Assembly (NCBI GenBank): GCA_964370395.1
Contig: CAYJIZ010000006.1
Coordinates: forward strand, 1 to 64,000
Source: an uncultured Erysipelotrichaceae bacterium
Lineage (GTDB): Bacteria > Bacillota_I > Bacilli_A > Erysipelotrichales > Erysipelotrichaceae
Direction: 5' to 3'
DNA length: 64,000 bases
Part shown: positions 19,414 through 27,945 of the stretch, piece after piece
How positions within the stretch are numbered: position 1 is the stretch's first letter
How the letters are laid out: every line of letters starts with the position of its first letter
The notes under the pieces: model-generated
Told to the model about the DNA's origin: nothing
Database searches by the model: none
What the model saw: only the letters and a program-made list of their open reading frames with translations
Made by a program: the position numbers and the translations under genes

Positions 19414-20760
19414 ATGAAACAGTTAACAAATCAAAAAGGGATGACGTTAGTGGAAATCGTTGTTGTTTTATTAATTGCTTCGTTGTTACTAGTTATTATG
19501 GGAAGTCTAATTTTAAATTCATTTCGTTATTTTGGCGAAACATCAGATCAAAATTTAAGTAAGCAATCACTGGATTCGATGCAACAATTTGTTCGTAGTG
19601 AGCTGTTGTATGCAAGCGATGTGAAAGTGGCGGCAAGCAAGCCAGATGAAGAAGAGTGGCAAGTATTATATGTACAAAATGGTAGGTTGTATCACAATGA
19701 TGAAATGCTGTATTCGGAAGGGTTCTATAATCAAAAGTCCTTGTCGATGAGCATTCGCGGTTTTGATACTTATCGTTTGGATTTGGCGTATGCTCTGGAT
19801 GATGGGGATAGCAAAAAGGTGTATACCACAAAGGATACATTAGAGTTATTGAATATTAAGATTCAAGTGGATGGGGATGCGAGTTTGGATCCTTTTGCGA
19901 ATATTTCAAAGAAGGTAGAAGTATCACAAACCAATAAAATCTATTATAAGAAAGGTTTGAAGTTTGAAGAACCAGAGAAACCACAGGATCCAAGTGAAGG
20001 AACAGTGGCGGATCAAATTAAGTGTTTGAATGGTTACAACAACCGAGGACGTTTTGTTCCAGGAACGTTCTATAAGATAGGTGATATGACTTATTATGAA
20101 GGGTACTGGTGGATTAACTACATTACGAATTGGGTATTAAACGAAGCGGAAAATCCAGCTTCTAGTCATCATTGGAAGAAGTTAGATTATACCTTTGATC
20201 GTCGTAGTGTGTATGAAAAGGACGATATTATCTTTTATGAAAATACGTATTATCAGTGCAATCGTTCCATGATTAATACAGGTTCTAGCCCAATTCCAAA
20301 TGAGGGATGGGATGGAAAAGAGTATTGGGATGAAGTGAATATTGAGGATGCGAAAGCAGCATTACGATGCAAAGAGAATCCTGATAATCTAAATACGATC
20401 GCTAACCAATTAGATTATACAAAGCTGTTTGAATGCGAAGAGTTTGAAAATGGTGAGGAATATGCACTTGGTACAGTGGTAAAGATTACGTATAACGATA
20501 ATTACGTTGAATATTATAAGAAAATAATGTTTGAAACTGGGAAAAACAAACCAGGAACGAATCCAACTAGCGGTTGGCAGAGATTGATTCGTGATTATGA
20601 TTTAGAAAGCTCCTATTTAAAAGGAGACGAAGTACTTTATACACAAGATGAAGGACGATTGATTACGATTCGAGCATTACAAAACATTGATACACACGAT
20701 GCTCGTTTGGATGGTAGTGCAATTAAGAGTGATAATGAATATTGGGAAGTAGTAAGATAG
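19414..20760 (+). CDS. Large minor pilin (449 aa) with prepilin N-terminus and C-terminal tandem CBM5/12-like carbohydrate-binding repeats; candidate tip adhesin
   Basis: MKQLTNQKG/MTLVEIVVVLLIASLLLVIMG; RBS AGGAGG 7 nt upstream of ATG 19414. The ORF track starts at TTG 19384. C-terminal repeats are of the Y.KGD..Y......Y....N...P...GW type. Confidence 0.75.
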   Translation: MKQLTNQKGMTLVEIVVVLLIASLLLVIMGSLILNSFRYFGETSDQNLSKQSLDSMQQFVRSELLYASDVKVAASKPDEEEWQVLYVQNGRLYHNDEMLYSEGFYNQKSLSMSIRGFDTYRLDLAYALDDGDSKKVYTTKDTLELLNIKIQVDGDASLDPFANISKKVEVSQTNKIYYKKGLKFEEPEKPQDPSEGTVADQIKCLNGYNNRGRFVPGTFYKIGDMTYYEGYWWINYITNWVLNEAENPASSHHWKKLDYTFDRRSVYEKDDIIFYENTYYQCNRSMINTGSSPIPNEGWDGKEYWDEVNIEDAKAALRCKENPDNLNTIANQLDYTKLFECEEFENGEEYALGTVVKITYNDNYVEYYKKIMFETGKNKPGTNPTSGWQRLIRDYDLESSYLKGDEVLYTQDEGRLITIRALQNIDTHDARLDGSAIKSDNEYWEVVR

Positions 20761-20766
20761 GATGAG

Positions 20767-22449
20767 GTGGCAATTATGAAAATGATACCAATTGGTGAAG
20801 TATTAAAAGAGTATGGATACATTAGTGAAGAACAACTTCAAGAAGCGTTAATTCTTCAAAAAGAGGATCGCTCTAAGAAATTAGGGGAGCATTTAATTAA
20901 TATGGGTGCCATTAGTGAAGTGCAAATGCTAACGGCATTGTCGGAAAAATTAAATGAGCCACTTGTTGATTTGAATTCGATTGCCGTTGATGTCAATGCC
21001 GTTGAGAAAATTCCTGATACATTAGCGCAAAAATATAATATTATTGCGACTTCGATGGAAGCGAATCGCTTAACGATTGCGACAAATGATCCTTTGAATT
21101 TTTATGCTTTAGAAGACATTCGATTAGTTACAAATATGGATTTGGTTGTGACACTAGCCCAAAAGAAAGACATTGCTTCTTCTATTGATTATTACTATTC
21201 AGAAATAAAAGCGAAATCTGCAGTGGAGAGTGCCAATGCGGATGCGAGTATTTTTGAATTAAATGAGAATGAATTATTTAATACGGAAGAAGATGATACA
21301 CCGGTTGTTAAGTTATTAAATACGCTTTTAAACAAAGGATACAATGTGAATGCAAGTGATATTCATATCGAACCATTTGAGAAGAAGACTTCTATTCGAA
21401 TGCGTATTGATGGGATGATGGTTGAATACATGCAACTGTCAAAGAATTTGCATAATGCTTTGGTAGTGCGTACAAAGATTTTATCCAACTTGGATATTGC
21501 GGAAAAACGAGTTCCTCAAGATGGACATTTTATGTTGAATAATAATGGTATTGTGATGAACTTACGTGTTTCTGTTATACCGACTATTTATGGAGAGAAA
21601 ATTGTATTACGTTATTTGAATTCCAATTCGCCAATTGTGAATGCGAACCAATATGGGATGACGAGTGAAAACTATAAGAAGATGCAAGATATGATTGCAA
21701 TGCCACATGGTATTATTTATATTACAGGACCAACAGGTAGTGGGAAAACAACGACACTGTATATGGTTTTGGAAGATGTGGCGAAAAAAGCGGTTAATAT
21801 TTCTACGATCGAAGATCCAGTGGAACGCCATATTGATCGTATTAACCAAATGCAAGTGAACAATGTTTCCGGGTTAACTTTTGAAAGTGGACTTCGTGCC
21901 TTATTACGTCAAGATCCAGATGTGATGATGGTTGGGGAAACGCGTGATAATGAAACGGCTGCGATTTCAGTAAGAGCAGCGGTAACAGGACATTTAGTAC
22001 TATCGACATTGCATACCAATGATGCGATTGGGGCAATTGTTCGTTTGGAAGATATGGGAATTGAACCATACATGGTAGCCAATTCTGTGGTTGGTATTGT
22101 TGCCCAACGTTTGATGCGTACTGTATGTCCGCATTGTGCGAAAAAGGTAAAAGCGACTCCAGAAGAAATTGCGATGATTGGTGAAAATGTAGAATACGTA
22201 AGCAAAGGCGAAGGTTGTCACCATTGTAATAACACTGGATACAAGGGTAGAATTGGTGTTCATGAGATTATTATGATTGACAAGGAATTGCGTAAAATGA
22301 TTACGGATGGAGAAAATATCGATAAGATGTACGATTATGTTGTGAAAGCACAGCATGTGGAATCATTGAAAGATGCAGCGTTACGTTTATTAAAAGAAGG
22401 TAAGACAACAGTAGAAGAAATGTATAAGATTACATGTTACTTAGACTAG
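20767..22449 (+). CDS. pilB: Type IV pilus assembly ATPase PilB (GspE family) with N-terminal MshEN-type domain and C-terminal tetracysteine motif
   Basis: Walker A GPTGSGKTTT; Asp box; His box; CPHCAKK...CHHCNNTGY. N-terminal tandem xIGExLxxxGxIxxxQLxxAL motifs. Confidence 0.9.
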   Translation: MAIMKMIPIGEVLKEYGYISEEQLQEALILQKEDRSKKLGEHLINMGAISEVQMLTALSEKLNEPLVDLNSIAVDVNAVEKIPDTLAQKYNIIATSMEANRLTIATNDPLNFYALEDIRLVTNMDLVVTLAQKKDIASSIDYYYSEIKAKSAVESANADASIFELNENELFNTEEDDTPVVKLLNTLLNKGYNVNASDIHIEPFEKKTSIRMRIDGMMVEYMQLSKNLHNALVVRTKILSNLDIAEKRVPQDGHFMLNNNGIVMNLRVSVIPTIYGEKIVLRYLNSNSPIVNANQYGMTSENYKKMQDMIAMPHGIIYITGPTGSGKTTTLYMVLEDVAKKAVNISTIEDPVERHIDRINQMQVNNVSGLTFESGLRALLRQDPDVMMVGETRDNETAAISVRAAVTGHLVLSTLHTNDAIGAIVRLEDMGIEPYMVANSVVGIVAQRLMRTVCPHCAKKVKATPEEIAMIGENVEYVSKGEGCHHCNNTGYKGRIGVHEIIMIDKELRKMITDGENIDKMYDYVVKAQHVESLKDAALRLLKEGKTTVEEMYKITCYLD

Positions 22450-22459
22450 GAGGCGTACG

Positions 22460-23512
22460 ATGAATGTATTAGATGAAATATTAGTATACGCAAGAGCAAA
22501 CGATTGTTCTGATGTGCATTTGAGTGGCAGTGGTGTCATTCTTAGAAAAAATGGTAAGTTGCAACCATACCCTATGGCATTTACGCGTCAACAATGCGAA
22601 GCAATGATTATGGATATGTTGGATGAATACCAAAAAGAAGCACTAAAACGTGGAGAAGACTTAGATTATAGTTATGAGAAAAACGATGACGAACGCTATC
22701 GTGTGAATGTGTATTACCAACGTGACGTGTTATGTGCCGCATTGCGTGTTATCAACAATGTGATTCGAACATTGGATGAGTTACAGATGCCTGCTATTAT
22801 GAAAGATCTCACAAAAGAACCACGCGGATTGGTGTTAATTACAGGACCGACGGGAAGTGGGAAATCCACAACGTTAGCGGCGATGATCGATAGCATTAAT
22901 GAAGTGCGTAATTGTCATATTTTGACGATTGAAGATCCGATCGAATATGTCTACAAACAAAAACAAGCGATGATTCACCAACGTGAGATCAATCGAGATG
23001 TGAAAGACTTTGATGTTGCGCTTCGTAGTGCATTGCGTGAAGATCCTGATGTTATCTTAGTTGGGGAAATGCGTGATTATGAAACAATTGCAGCCGTGAT
23101 TACGTTAGCGGAAACTGGGCATTTAGTATTTTCGACTTTGCATACTTCAGGTGCAGTAAAAACGATTGATCGAATTGTTGATGTGTTTCCAGCGCATCGC
23201 CAAGATCAGATTCGTGTACAGCTAGCAGGAGTATTAAATGCGGTTGTCACACAAGAGTTGTTAGTGAAAGCAGACCAAAGTGGTCGTGTCGCAGCAATGG
23301 AGATTATGATTGCCAATGATGCAATTCGTAATTTGATTCGTGAAAACAAAACCCACCAAGTGAAGAGTTTGATTCAAATGGGTGGACAAAATGGAATGCA
23401 GACGATGAATGCGGCATTAGCGAAGCTTGTGCGTGAGCAAAAAGTAAGTGCGCAAACAGCAATGTTGTATACAGATGATGAAAATGAACTTCGTCAATAC
23501 ATTGGAATGTAG
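22460..23512 (+). CDS. pilT: Twitching-motility retraction ATPase PilT
   Basis: 350 aa; GPTGSGKSTT Walker A; PilT-type AIRNLIRE motif; no N-terminal extension. Confidence 0.85.
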   Translation: MNVLDEILVYARANDCSDVHLSGSGVILRKNGKLQPYPMAFTRQQCEAMIMDMLDEYQKEALKRGEDLDYSYEKNDDERYRVNVYYQRDVLCAALRVINNVIRTLDELQMPAIMKDLTKEPRGLVLITGPTGSGKSTTLAAMIDSINEVRNCHILTIEDPIEYVYKQKQAMIHQREINRDVKDFDVALRSALREDPDVILVGEMRDYETIAAVITLAETGHLVFSTLHTSGAVKTIDRIVDVFPAHRQDQIRVQLAGVLNAVVTQELLVKADQSGRVAAMEIMIANDAIRNLIRENKTHQVKSLIQMGGQNGMQTMNAALAKLVREQKVSAQTAMLYTDDENELRQYIGM

Positions 23513-23538
23513 AGATCACAGATGTGGTCTCTTTTTTT
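23511..23538 (+). terminator. Intrinsic terminator ending pil operon
   Basis: gagatcacagatgtggtctc hairpin + TTTTTTT. Confidence 0.75.
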
Positions 23539-23601
23539 ATTCATAAAGATACTTGAAGAAAGTAGTGAGAAAAGGTAAAATCTTGATAAGGAGATAAGTG
23601 G

Positions 23602-24477
23602 ATGAGAAAAAGAAAATGGATGATGATAATTGCCTGTGCTGTAATCTTACCTTTGGTTTTTGTAAGCCCAGTACTTGCGGATGTAGGAAATAGTTTTAGC
23701 GGCGGCGGTGGAGGCGGTGGCTTCTCTGGCGGTGGTAGTTCGTTTGGTGGTGGTCGTGGCTATGGATTTGGTGGCTTGGCCTTCATTGGTGGTGGTTCTA
23801 GTATGCTTGTTGTAGTGGGAGTGGTATTGGTATTTCTAGTGATTGTGAATGCGTTACGCTCACAATCAACAAACAATTCGATGCCAGTACACCCACGAAG
23901 TATGCGTCAATGCAACGAACCACAAGCGATTCAAGATGTAAAAGCGGTGGACCCTGATTTTTCTGCAGATGCGTTTAAGTCATATGCGAGTGAAGTGTTT
24001 ATTACACTACAAGAGGCGTGGGAAGCAAAAAACTGGAAAGCAGTAAGACCTTTAGAAAGCAATACGTTATTTAATACGCACAATCGTCAGATTCAAGAAT
24101 ACATCGATTTGAAGAAAACGGATCGTATGAATATGCAAAACATTCGTGAAGTTAGCATTGCGCAGTTTAAAGAAGATGGGAACCAAGAAGTATTGGTTGT
24201 AAAGTTATATGCGAGTTTATTAAATTATGTTACTGACGATGTAAGTGGTAAAATAATAGAAGGTAGCGACAAAGAGTATGTCCATCGAACATACTGCTTG
24301 GAATTTATTCGTAGCAAAGGCGTGAAAACCGAAGTAGGAAAACAATTAAACGTTACCAATTGTCCAAACTGTGGTGCTCCAACGAGCATTACATCAAGTG
24401 GAGAATGTGAGTACTGCCACTCTGTTATTACCAACGGTAATTATGGGTGGGTATTAAATAACTATAGTGCATGGTAG
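23602..24477 (+). CDS. Membrane protein: signal peptide, Gly-rich segment, TM helix, Tim44-like domain, C-terminal zinc ribbon
   Basis: ADVGNSFSGGGGGGGFSGGGSSFGGGRGYGFGG then TM LVVVGVVLVFLVIV. Tim44-like region DFSADAFKSYASEVFITLQEAWEAKNW. CPNCGAPTS...CEYC. Confidence 0.55.
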   Translation: MRKRKWMMIIACAVILPLVFVSPVLADVGNSFSGGGGGGGFSGGGSSFGGGRGYGFGGLAFIGGGSSMLVVVGVVLVFLVIVNALRSQSTNNSMPVHPRSMRQCNEPQAIQDVKAVDPDFSADAFKSYASEVFITLQEAWEAKNWKAVRPLESNTLFNTHNRQIQEYIDLKKTDRMNMQNIREVSIAQFKEDGNQEVLVVKLYASLLNYVTDDVSGKIIEGSDKEYVHRTYCLEFIRSKGVKTEVGKQLNVTNCPNCGAPTSITSSGECEYCHSVITNGNYGWVLNNYSAW

Positions 24478-24492
24478 AAGGAGGATTGTACA

Positions 24493-25674
24493 ATGGGATT
24501 AATTAAAGCAGCGATTGATAGTGCAAGATCGACATTAGCAGACCAATGGTTAGAGTATTTTTATTGCGATACATTAAGTAATGATGTGTTACTTCAAAAA
24601 GGAGTAAAAGTCGTTAATAAAGGTAGCAATACAAAAGCAAGTCCGAACATTATTAGTAATGGAAGTGGGTTTGCGGTAAATGAAGGACAAGGATTGTTGA
24701 TTGTTGAAGATGGTAAAATTGTGGAGTTCACATTAGAACCTGGACGTTTTACTTGGAGTGACTCAAGTGAACCTAGTTTATTCGATAATGGATTCAAAGG
24801 GTTAGCGGATAGTTTTAAAACATTCGGAGCTCGTTTTAAAGCAGGTGGAACGGAAGCAAAAGACCAACGTGTGTATTACATTAACTTAAAAGAAAATTTA
24901 GATAATAAATTTGGTAGTGCATCACCAATGCCTTACAAAGATCCAACTTACCGTGGTATTTATATTCGTTATTTTGGACAATACACTTTTAAAATTAGTG
25001 ATCCGATTCGTTTCTATACAAATATTGCAGGGAATGTGAGCGATACGTATACGAAAAGCGAATTGATGGGACAATGCCAAGCAGAATTTGTGAATGCTTT
25101 GGATACGGCAATTGCGAAGTGTAGCGATGAAGGTTACCAGTTTAATGATTTACCGAAAAAGCAGATGGAAATTGCTGCGTTTATGAATGATGTGCTGGAT
25201 GAAGCATGGAATGAGAAACGTGGATTAGAAATTGAAGCGGTTGCTATTGAGAAGGTGACTCCAGATGATGAAAGTCGTGCACGTATCGAGAAGATTGACG
25301 ACGCGATTATGATGAGTGATCAACGTGTTGCAGCAGGTCGTTTGGCTGAAGCACAAGCGACTGCAATGGAAAATGCAGCGATGAACGAAGGTGGAGCAAT
25401 GAATGGTTTCATCGGGATGGGATTTGCAGCACAAGCAGGTGGAATGAATACAGGTACCATGTTTGCGAATAGTGCACCACAGGAAAACAATCCATTATTT
25501 GGGCAACCTAATGCCGCTCAAACATGGACGTGTGGATGTGGACATATGGGTAATACAGGTAAGTTTTGTAGTGAATGTGGCAAGCCTAAACCAAGTGAAG
25601 GTTGGACTTGTGAATGTGGAACGCAAAATACAAGTAAATTTTGTAGTGAGTGTGGAAAAGCAAAACCGGAATAA
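24493..25674 (+). CDS. SPFH/Band-7 superfamily protein (Band_7_1-like) with C-terminal double zinc ribbon
   Basis: N-terminus MGLIKAAIDSARSTLADQWLEYFY resembles the PF13421-type start. C-terminus WTCGCGHMGNTGKFCSECGKPKP..WTCECGTQNTSKFCSECGKAKP. RBS GGAGGA. Confidence 0.55.
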   Translation: MGLIKAAIDSARSTLADQWLEYFYCDTLSNDVLLQKGVKVVNKGSNTKASPNIISNGSGFAVNEGQGLLIVEDGKIVEFTLEPGRFTWSDSSEPSLFDNGFKGLADSFKTFGARFKAGGTEAKDQRVYYINLKENLDNKFGSASPMPYKDPTYRGIYIRYFGQYTFKISDPIRFYTNIAGNVSDTYTKSELMGQCQAEFVNALDTAIAKCSDEGYQFNDLPKKQMEIAAFMNDVLDEAWNEKRGLEIEAVAIEKVTPDDESRARIEKIDDAIMMSDQRVAAGRLAEAQATAMENAAMNEGGAMNGFIGMGFAAQAGGMNTGTMFANSAPQENNPLFGQPNAAQTWTCGCGHMGNTGKFCSECGKPKPSEGWTCECGTQNTSKFCSECGKAKPE

Positions 25675-25682
25675 GAATTGGA

Positions 25683-25711
25683 AAAGAACGTGGAAAGCAC
25701 GTTCTTTTTTT
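25683..25711 (+). terminator. Intrinsic terminator
   Basis: aagaacgtg...cacgttctt hairpin + TTTTTT. Confidence 0.75.
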
Positions 25712-25770
25712 GTAAAAGTAACAAAAAAAGATTGTAATTTTTAGAAAAAATAGTACAATAGATATGTTTT

Positions 25771-25793
25771 CTAAACTTTAACAAGAAGTTTAG
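25771..25793 (+). promoter_or_regulatory. Perfect 8-bp inverted repeat CTAAACTT-N7-AAGTTTAG in promoter region of the XRE/cupin regulator-pot operon (putative operator)
   Basis: Seen directly ~30 nt upstream of the regulator ATG. Confidence 0.45.
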
Positions 25794-25818
25794 TGTTACT
25801 AAACAGAAAGGAGACGTT

Positions 25819-26352
25819 ATGAACATTGGACAAAAGATTAAAGAGCTTCGAACCTCGAAGAATTTAACACTTGCGGAATTGGCTTCTCGTTGTGAGTTGA
25901 CGAAAGGTTTTTTATCGCAATTGGAAAATGATTTAACCTCTCCTTCGATTACGACTTTGGATGATATTTTGGAAGCGTTGGGAAGCAACCTTTCGGATTT
26001 CTTTCAAGAGGACAAACAAGATCGTGTCGTCTTTGGTAAAGACGATTATTATATCAATCAAAAAGATGGAGCCACCATCTATTGGATCGTTCCAGACGCA
26101 CAAAAGCGTACGATGGAGCCATTGATCCTGGAATTAAAAAAAGGCGCACAATCACAAGTTATCATGCCACATGATGGTGAAGAATTTGGGTATGTGTTGG
26201 AAGGGGAAATCATTTTAGAACAAAGAAAGACTCGCTATCTTATTCAAAAGGGCGAGACCTTTTATCTGAATGGCAATCACAAACATATTTTAAAAAATGA
26301 GAAAGAAAACACAGCCAAAGTTATGTGGGTAATGACACCTCCTAACTTTTAG
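25819..26352 (+). CDS. XRE-family HTH regulator with C-terminal cupin domain (PuuR-like)
   Basis: HTH IKELRTSKNLTLAELASRCELTKGFLSQLEN; cupin region GEEFGYVLEGEIILEQ...ETFYL. Confidence 0.8.
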   Translation: MNIGQKIKELRTSKNLTLAELASRCELTKGFLSQLENDLTSPSITTLDDILEALGSNLSDFFQEDKQDRVVFGKDDYYINQKDGATIYWIVPDAQKRTMEPLILELKKGAQSQVIMPHDGEEFGYVLEGEIILEQRKTRYLIQKGETFYLNGNHKHILKNEKENTAKVMWVMTPPNF

Positions 26353-26371
26353 TGGCTAGTTGGGGGCAAAC

Positions 26372-27943
26372 ATGAAAAAATTAATACAATTTAAAAATAT
26401 TGTAAAGAGTTTCGACAATACGATTGTGTTGAAGGGAATCAATTTAGATATCAATGAAAATGAATTTGTTACATTATTAGGACCAAGTGGATGTGGTAAG
26501 ACTACCTTACTACGTATTCTTGGTGGTTTTTTGGAGCAAGATGAAGGAGAGATGATTTTTGATGGAGAAGAAATCAGTACACTACCTTCTTACAAAAGAG
26601 AGTTAAACACCGTTTTCCAAAAGTATGCGCTGTTTCCACATATGAGTATTTATGATAACATCGCATTTGGTTTAAAAATTAAGAAGATGTCCAACGATGT
26701 CATTCGTCAAAAAGTAATGACGATGTTGAAACTGGTAAACTTAGAAGGGTACGAAGATCGTCGTATTGACCAATTATCAGGGGGACAACAACAGCGTATT
26801 GCGATTGCACGTGCGCTTGTGAATGAACCAAAAGTGCTATTGTTAGATGAACCATTAGGGGCACTTGATTTAAAATTAAGAAAAGAGATGCAAATTGAAT
26901 TAAAGAAAATCCAACAAGAAGTAGGAATTACTTTTATTTATGTTACGCATGACCAAGAAGAAGCATTGACGATGTCGGATAAAATTGTTGTTATGAAAGA
27001 AGGAGAAATCCAACAAGTAGGAACACCAATTGATATTTATAATGAACCTGAAAATGCGTATGTAGCGAATTTCATCGGAGAAAGTAACATCATTGATGGT
27101 GTGATGAAAGATGATTATTTGGTTGAATTTGACGATAAAAAATACGAGTGTGTGGATCATGGATTTGCGAAAAACGAAGAAGTGGATATCGTAATTCGTC
27201 CTGAAGACATCAACATTGTTGCTCGTGGTAAAGGAAAAGTAAATGGAAAAGTAAAATCCATTTTATTCAAAGGAGTACACAATGAAGTCATTGTGGAAAC
27301 AGTACAAGGGAGTAAAGTGGAAGTGGTCATGAATGTATCCAATAAAGAACCGATCTTTAATGAAGATGCACAAGAATTCATTTCTGCGAATAGTTTTTAT
27401 TTGGATATCCAAGATATTGATAACTTAAACGATGATGAAATTATCGCTCGTGCTGATGCACAAGCGTGGGAATTGGATAGTGAAGACTATGTTTCGATTC
27501 GTAGCATTGATTACGATTTGAAAAAAATAGAGGGAACATATCCTGTTACTTTTGCGACGCATGCTGGAACAAGTGTGACAGTAAATATTATTGTTGTGAA
27601 GCAAAAATACTTAGAAGATGCAAAATCAGGTGTAGGAATTGCCGCCTTTGACTTCTTTAAAAACATTGACGAGCTACAAGAAAGTGTGGCATTGGATACG
27701 GATTTAAAAACATGGGCAGATGCGGTTGCATGGGATTTAGAAAACGATGAAAAAATTGAGATTACAAATGTAGATTATGACTTTGATCCAGAAAACATTA
27801 CCATTGGATCTTATACGGTAACGTTCTCAACAAGAGGACGTGAATTTAAAATTCATACGACAAAGAGTGCCCAAGAAGACAAGACAGTAGGACTTGACTT
27901 TGCACCAGAAGACATTCATGTAATGTCGAAGATGGGTTACTAA
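26372..27943 (+). CDS. potA: Spermidine/putrescine ABC transporter ATPase PotA with ~160-aa inserted tandem duplicated domain
   Basis: Walker [10 protein letters not shown], signature LSGGQQQR, Walker B LLLDEP. Followed by two ~75-aa repeats ([20 protein letters not shown]...TYPVTFAT / [20 protein letters not shown]...SYTVTFST), then a TOBE-like tail. Start ATG 26372 with GGGGG RBS. Confidence 0.8.
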   Translation: MKKLIQFKNIVKSFDNTIVLKGINLDINENEFVTLLGPSGCGKTTLLRILGGFLEQDEGEMIFDGEEISTLPSYKRELNTVFQKYALFPHMSIYDNIAFGLKIKKMSNDVIRQKVMTMLKLVNLEGYEDRRIDQLSGGQQQRIAIARALVNEPKVLLLDEPLGALDLKLRKEMQIELKKIQQEVGITFIYVTHDQEEALTMSDKIVVMKEGEIQQVGTPIDIYNEPENAYVANFIGESNIIDGVMKDDYLVEFDDKKYECVDHGFAKNEEVDIVIRPEDINIVARGKGKVNGKVKSILFKGVHNEVIVETVQGSKVEVVMNVSNKEPIFNEDAQEFISANSFYLDIQDIDNLNDDEIIARADAQAWELDSEDYVSIRSIDYDLKKIEGTYPVTFATHAGTSVTVNIIVVKQKYLEDAKSGVGIAAFDFFKNIDELQESVALDTDLKTWADAVAWDLENDEKIEITNVDYDFDPENITIGSYTVTFSTRGREFKIHTTKSAQEDKTVGLDFAPEDIHVMSKMGY

Positions 27944-27945
27944 CA

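Noticed and set aside
21607-22356. Four overlapping minus-strand ORFs (75-118 aa)
   Set aside because: Antisense to pilB, which has strong domain evidence. These are typical AT-rich antisense artefacts.
25463-25988. 93-aa + ORF and 156-aa - ORF spanning the SPFH gene end, terminator and regulator start
   Set aside because: Overlap a well-supported CDS, an intrinsic terminator and the regulator RBS. No motifs.
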